Assembly (NCBI GenBank): GCA_030699785.1
Contig: JAUYLB010000040.1
Location: 1 to 36,762 of the forward strand
DNA from: a bacterium
GTDB lineage: Bacteria > Patescibacteriota > Minisyncoccia > Minisyncoccales > UBA10102
DNA length: 36,762 nucleotides
Direction: 5' to 3'
The notes below the pieces were generated by a model, which saw only the letters and a list, made by a program, of their open reading frames with translations, did not search any database and was not told the origin of the DNA. How positions within the stretch are numbered: position 1 is the stretch's first letter; each line of letters begins with the position of its first letter. Positions 34,527 through 36,762 of this stretch are shown piece by piece. The position numbers and the translations under genes were made by a program.

Positions 34527-36233
34527 ATGACAAGAGGTCTTTTTGCGCACTGGAGGGAGTATCTTGTTCTTGCATGCATCATTATGTTTGGATTTATGGT
34601 GATTGCCAAGCTTGCCTCCCTTCAAATTTTCAATCACGGATTATATAAAGCTCTGGCGCAAGGCCAGCAACAAAAAAGTTCCCTTCAGGTAGGGGAGCGA
34701 GGCACTATCTATATGCAAGACAAGCAGAGAAGGTTGGTGCCCCTGGCAACCACACATGATATTTCATTTCTCTATGCTTCTCCTCAAGATGTTGAGGATA
34801 CCAAAAATACGTCTACCGCTTTGGCCATTATTTTAGAACAGAATCAAGAAACTATCTTTTTGCGCCTAGAGCAAAAAGATCGTTTATTCTCTCAACTTTC
34901 GCGCCAACTCACCCAAGAACAAGAAGAGATGGTGCGCGTAGCAAACCTTCCAGGCATTCATATTGGAAAAGAAGCAAGGCGCCTCTATCCTCAAGGAACG
35001 CTTGCCTCTCACGTGGTTGGGTTTATCAATCAGGACGGCATGGGACAGTACGGATTGGAGGCCTACTACCACGAAATTCTTCAGGGAAAAGAAGAATTAT
35101 TAGACATGACTCAAAATCCCGCAAGATACCTTAGACAGGCATTTGGATCAACCCCAGAACGAGGCGCCTCTCTTGTTCTTACCATTGATTCAGGAATCCA
35201 GTCATTTGCCGAAACAGCTCTTGATAAAACTGTAGAACGTTTGAACGCCAAAGAAGGAACCATCATTGTGGCAGACCCTTTTACCGGAAAAATTCTCGCT
35301 CTTGCCACAACTCCTCGATATGATCCAAATGAGTACACCATGGTCTCAAACTTTTCTCTGTTTATAAATCCTGCCACGCAAAATCTGTATGAGCCGGGTT
35401 CTGTTCTTAAGGCACTCACCATGGCAGCCGCGCTGGACAGAGGTGTTATCACTCCAGATACTCTATATAAAGACACGGGAAGTGTGCGCATTGGAGGAAG
35501 AACAATATCAAATTACAACAATAGGGTGTTTGGAGAGCAGACCATGACACAGGTACTGCAATTCTCTATTAATACGGGAGCAGTATTTGCCCAGCAACAA
35601 CTCGGAGACAGCGCGTTTATGGAGTACCTGGAGCGGTTTGGCATTTTTGAAAAAACAGGCATTGATTTATCGGGAGAAGCATTTTCTCGAAACACCGAGT
35701 TTAAAAAAGGATACGCGATTAATTTTGCTACTGCCTCGTTTGGACAAGGAATTGAAATGACCGCCATGCAAGTTGTGCGCATATATAGCGCGTTTGCCAA
35801 TGGAGGATTTTTGGTGCAACCTCACCTTGGAGAAAAGATTATTGTAAACGGAGAAGAACAAGTCTTGGAATATCCTGTGTCTATAACCGCTGTTCTCTCT
35901 CCAAAAGCAAGCGCGCAGATTACCCACATGCTTGAACGCGTATTAGAAGACGGATTTGGCAAACAGGCTCGTATCCCTGGATATAAAATGGCAGGAAAAA
36001 CAGGAACTTCTCAAATTGCCTGGTCGGCCCTGGGAATTCAAAAACCAGGATACTCCGATCAAAGCATACAGTCATTTGTGGGATATGGGCCCACGTCCAA
36101 CCCACAGTTTGTTATTCTGATTTCTCTAAGAGACCCCCAAACCAAGACCGCCGAATACTCCGCCATGCCTCTTTACAAAGAGGTGGCGCAATATATTCTT
36201 GATTACTACGCTATTCCTCCAGACGCTGACTAA
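34527..36233 (+). CDS. ftsI: Penicillin-binding protein, class B transpeptidase (FtsI / PBP2-like)
   Basis: An N-terminal TM helix, a PBP dimerisation domain, SxxK (GSVLKA), SxN (ISNYNN) and KTGT (GKTGTSQ). Confidence 0.9.
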   Translation: MTRGLFAHWREYLVLACIIMFGFMVIAKLASLQIFNHGLYKALAQGQQQKSSLQVGERGTIYMQDKQRRLVPLATTHDISFLYASPQDVEDTKNTSTALAIILEQNQETIFLRLEQKDRLFSQLSRQLTQEQEEMVRVANLPGIHIGKEARRLYPQGTLASHVVGFINQDGMGQYGLEAYYHEILQGKEELLDMTQNPARYLRQAFGSTPERGASLVLTIDSGIQSFAETALDKTVERLNAKEGTIIVADPFTGKILALATTPRYDPNEYTMVSNFSLFINPATQNLYEPGSVLKALTMAAALDRGVITPDTLYKDTGSVRIGGRTISNYNNRVFGEQTMTQVLQFSINTGAVFAQQQLGDSAFMEYLERFGIFEKTGIDLSGEAFSRNTEFKKGYAINFATASFGQGIEMTAMQVVRIYSAFANGGFLVQPHLGEKIIVNGEEQVLEYPVSITAVLSPKASAQITHMLERVLEDGFGKQARIPGYKMAGKTGTSQIAWSALGIQKPGYSDQSIQSFVGYGPTSNPQFVILISLRDPQTKTAEYSAMPLYKEVAQYILDYYAIPPDAD

Positions 36234-36267
36234 GCCTTTTCAAAAGCCAAAATATAAGGTATCTTGA

Positions 36268-36353
36268 ACTACGAAACTCGGGCGAGAGATATGTTTTTGA
36301 AACGGCCCTCGCAGCGCGACGGCGCGAGAGCGAGTCAAAAACTCAGCAGAGTC
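36268..36353 (+). repeat. ~135-nt hairpin repeat, copy F, left part (truncated after the apical loop)
   Basis: AACTACGAAACTCGGGCGAGAGATATGTTTTTGAAACGGCCCTCGCAGCGCGACGGCGCGAGAGCGAGTCAAAAACTCAGCAGAGTC. Confidence 0.88.
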
Positions 36354-36621
36354 GGGGCGCAAAGTACATACAAACATAAGATTTAGAAGCTTCTGCGTGA
36401 TATGATTTCAAGGCGCGACGACGATGGAGTAGCCAGAGCTACTTCAAGGAGGAGCAACGCAGAAATCAGTCACGCAGGAGCTTCCCAAAGGGCGGGCCTC
36501 TTTTACCCATCTTCTGCGTTGCTTGTCGCTCATGTGCCGTTTGGCACACATTACTCCTCGCGCCTTGAAGCTGGATAAAAGAGGCTCCGCTAAACTAATG
36601 TTTGTATGTGCTTTGCGCCCC
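36354..36621 (+). repeat. 268-bp element bounded by terminal inverted repeats, nested in repeat copy F (MITE-like or structured RNA)
   Basis: The terminal inverted repeats are GGGGCGCAAAGTACATACAAACATAAGATTTAG and CTAAACTAATGTTTGTATGTGCTTTGCGCCCC. The interior holds two inverted modules and no ORF. Confidence 0.75.
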
Positions 36622-36723
36622 CAGCGGCTCTCGGAGCGCGGCGGCGCGAGAGCGAGTCAAAAACTCAGCAGAGTTTTATGACGGTCCGCGGAAAAAATAT
36701 ATCCGAGCAAAGAGTTTTACAAT
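36622..36723 (+). repeat. ~135-nt hairpin repeat, copy F, right part
   Basis: CAGCGGCTCTCGGAGCGCGGCGGCGCGAGAGCGAGTCAAAAACTCAGCAGAGTTTTATGACGGTCCGCGGAAAAAATATATCCGAGCAAAGAGTTTTACAAT. Confidence 0.88.
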
Positions 36724-36733
36724 GAAGAACACC

Positions 36734-36762
36734 ATGAAGACTCTTGTTATTGTTGAGAGCCC
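36734..36762 (+). CDS. topA: DNA topoisomerase I, 5' end only (runs off the window)
   Basis: MKTLVIVESP matches the characteristic TopA Toprim N-terminus (LVIVESPAKAK). An in-frame ATG at 36722 overlaps the repeat end. Only about 10 codons are visible. Confidence 0.5.

Noticed and set aside
14507-36723. The recurring ~135-nt repeats might be a CRISPR array.
   Set aside because: Copies are 0.7-8 kb apart and separated by essential genes. They occur in both orientations and are about 135 nt long with internal hairpins. No regular repeat-spacer periodicity and no cas genes are present.

Overview
This window is a gene-dense, mostly housekeeping segment of a small bacterial genome. By inference only, the gene content, short proteins, truncated aaRS architectures and missing ribosomal genes suggest a Candidate Phyla Radiation / Parcubacteria-like organism. 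I support about 42 CDS: pheST, gyrB, secE-nusG-rplK, a dTMP/dTTP module (dCMP deaminase, thyA, folA-like, dcd-like, tmk), gatB, miaA, thrS, dnaE, rnhB, arfB-like, tag, rpmF-nusB-rnc-rpsP-KH-trmD, rpmG, def, mltG, mscL, rplJ-rplL, mraZ-rsmH-ftsL-ftsI and the start of topA. I also support 7 tRNAs. No transposase, integrase, CRISPR array or recognisable defence genes are present. The main unexplained signal lies between the genes. A ~135-nt, strictly intergenic, hairpin-forming repeat occurs at 6 loci. It has a near-invariant 23-nt GC-rich core (CTCGGAGCGCGACGGCGCGAGAG), and its stems show multiple compensatory substitutions between copies. One locus (36268-36723) is split by a 268-bp element bounded by terminal inverted repeats, with its own two-module inverted architecture, flanked by a 50-nt direct duplication. 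Other repeat families are present: a hairpin displaying a perfect DnaA-box 9-mer (2 full copies plus 1 partial copy), a 38-bp palindrome (2 copies), two further long perfect palindromes, and C-depleted GTTATAAG-type tracts upstream of rpmG and rplJ. All calls come from reading the sequence and recalling protein motifs. No database search or folding program was run, and tRNA and repeat ends are accurate to roughly +/-3 nt.
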